Below, piece by piece: positions 63,436 through 64,000 of a stretch of 64,000 nt of DNA. Positions within the stretch are counted from its first letter, which is position 1; each line of letters starts with the position of its first letter. A model generated the notes under the pieces. It was not told where the DNA came from and searched no databases. It worked only from the letters and a program-made list of their open reading frames with translations. This DNA comes from Neoconidiobolus thromboides FSU 785 (taxonomy: Eukaryota > Fungi > Entomophthoromycota), in contig MU626314.1 in the NCBI GenBank assembly GCA_025603075.1, positions 51,523 to 115,522 of the forward strand. The letters are read 5' to 3'. A program made the position numbers and the translations under genes.

Positions 63436-64000
63436 ATTTAGAATACTCTTATACTCTTGTTCTTACTTTTTGTGTTTGTGTTCTGATTCCTCTTTTAAAT
63501 TAAACTAGTCACTACCTTCTATTTTTCATTACAGAACTTATCTTTAAAACCAAATTGATTACAATCTATTCTATTTTTAATGTAAAATTTATATTATAAT
63601 TTATAATTATAATTTTTTGTGTTTTTATTATACAATTTTTGTTTTTAAACTAAATTGATTATAATTTCCTATCTTATGTGAAATCTGGTACTCAGTGTTT
63701 GGAGTCAAGAACAGCTATTGCTGGGTTGACTACACTATAAGTCGAAAGGTCTTAGTTTATGTGACTAAGATAGACTTGGATTATGAGGAATAGCGCGTAA
63801 TAGGTTACAAGCTATATAAGACAAATAGAATAGACAATACTAATGTAAAATCTATGTAAAATACTATTAAGTAAACTTAGTGGCTTTATTAAATGTTCGA
63901 GATATCAGGGAATAATTCAGTTAAAAAGCTTCGAACTACTATACTCTGTAAACTCTTTTATACTCTGAAAAGTATAAATATCAAAATGGGAAGATAATAT

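Noticed and set aside
63720-63790. Hammerhead ribozyme (GAAA followed by a stem and UA)
   Set aside because: The CUGANGA core is absent and stem III pairing does not fit.

Overview
AT-rich, gene-dense eukaryotic DNA with many short (about 40-75 nt) GT-AG introns. The protein families are fungal-type; an early-diverging fungus such as an entomophthoralean is my inference and is not proven. The window holds about 21 protein-coding genes: two tandem Tpr/Mlp-like paralogues, GID7/WDR26, COX5, TFB3/MAT1, PMT2, DSS4/RABIF, a redoxin, a BRI3-like protein, an FLVCR-type MFS transporter, CCT4, RPL22, SPP2, a DUF4460 protein, APS3, sideroflexin, a small CHCH protein, NAD kinase, a PPR protein, SGF73, a C2H2 zinc-finger protein and UTP20. 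It also holds two intronless tRNA genes (Cys-GCA, Gln-TTG). The main non-genic signal is a family of about 15 intergenic, near-palindromic 93-100 bp MITEs with GGGGATG...CATCCCC termini and 4-bp AWWT target-site duplications, which suggests a Sola-type mobiliser. Copies sit next to both tRNA genes and form tandem and head-to-head pairs. Other oddities: a ~285-aa charged insertion inside the MIR domain of PMT2, a 115-codon AUG-less open frame ahead of GID7, a spliced uORF whose stop overlaps the NAD kinase start (TAATG), and a 43-codon in-frame extension behind the zinc-finger stop codon. All exon structures and family assignments were made by eye, with no database searches.
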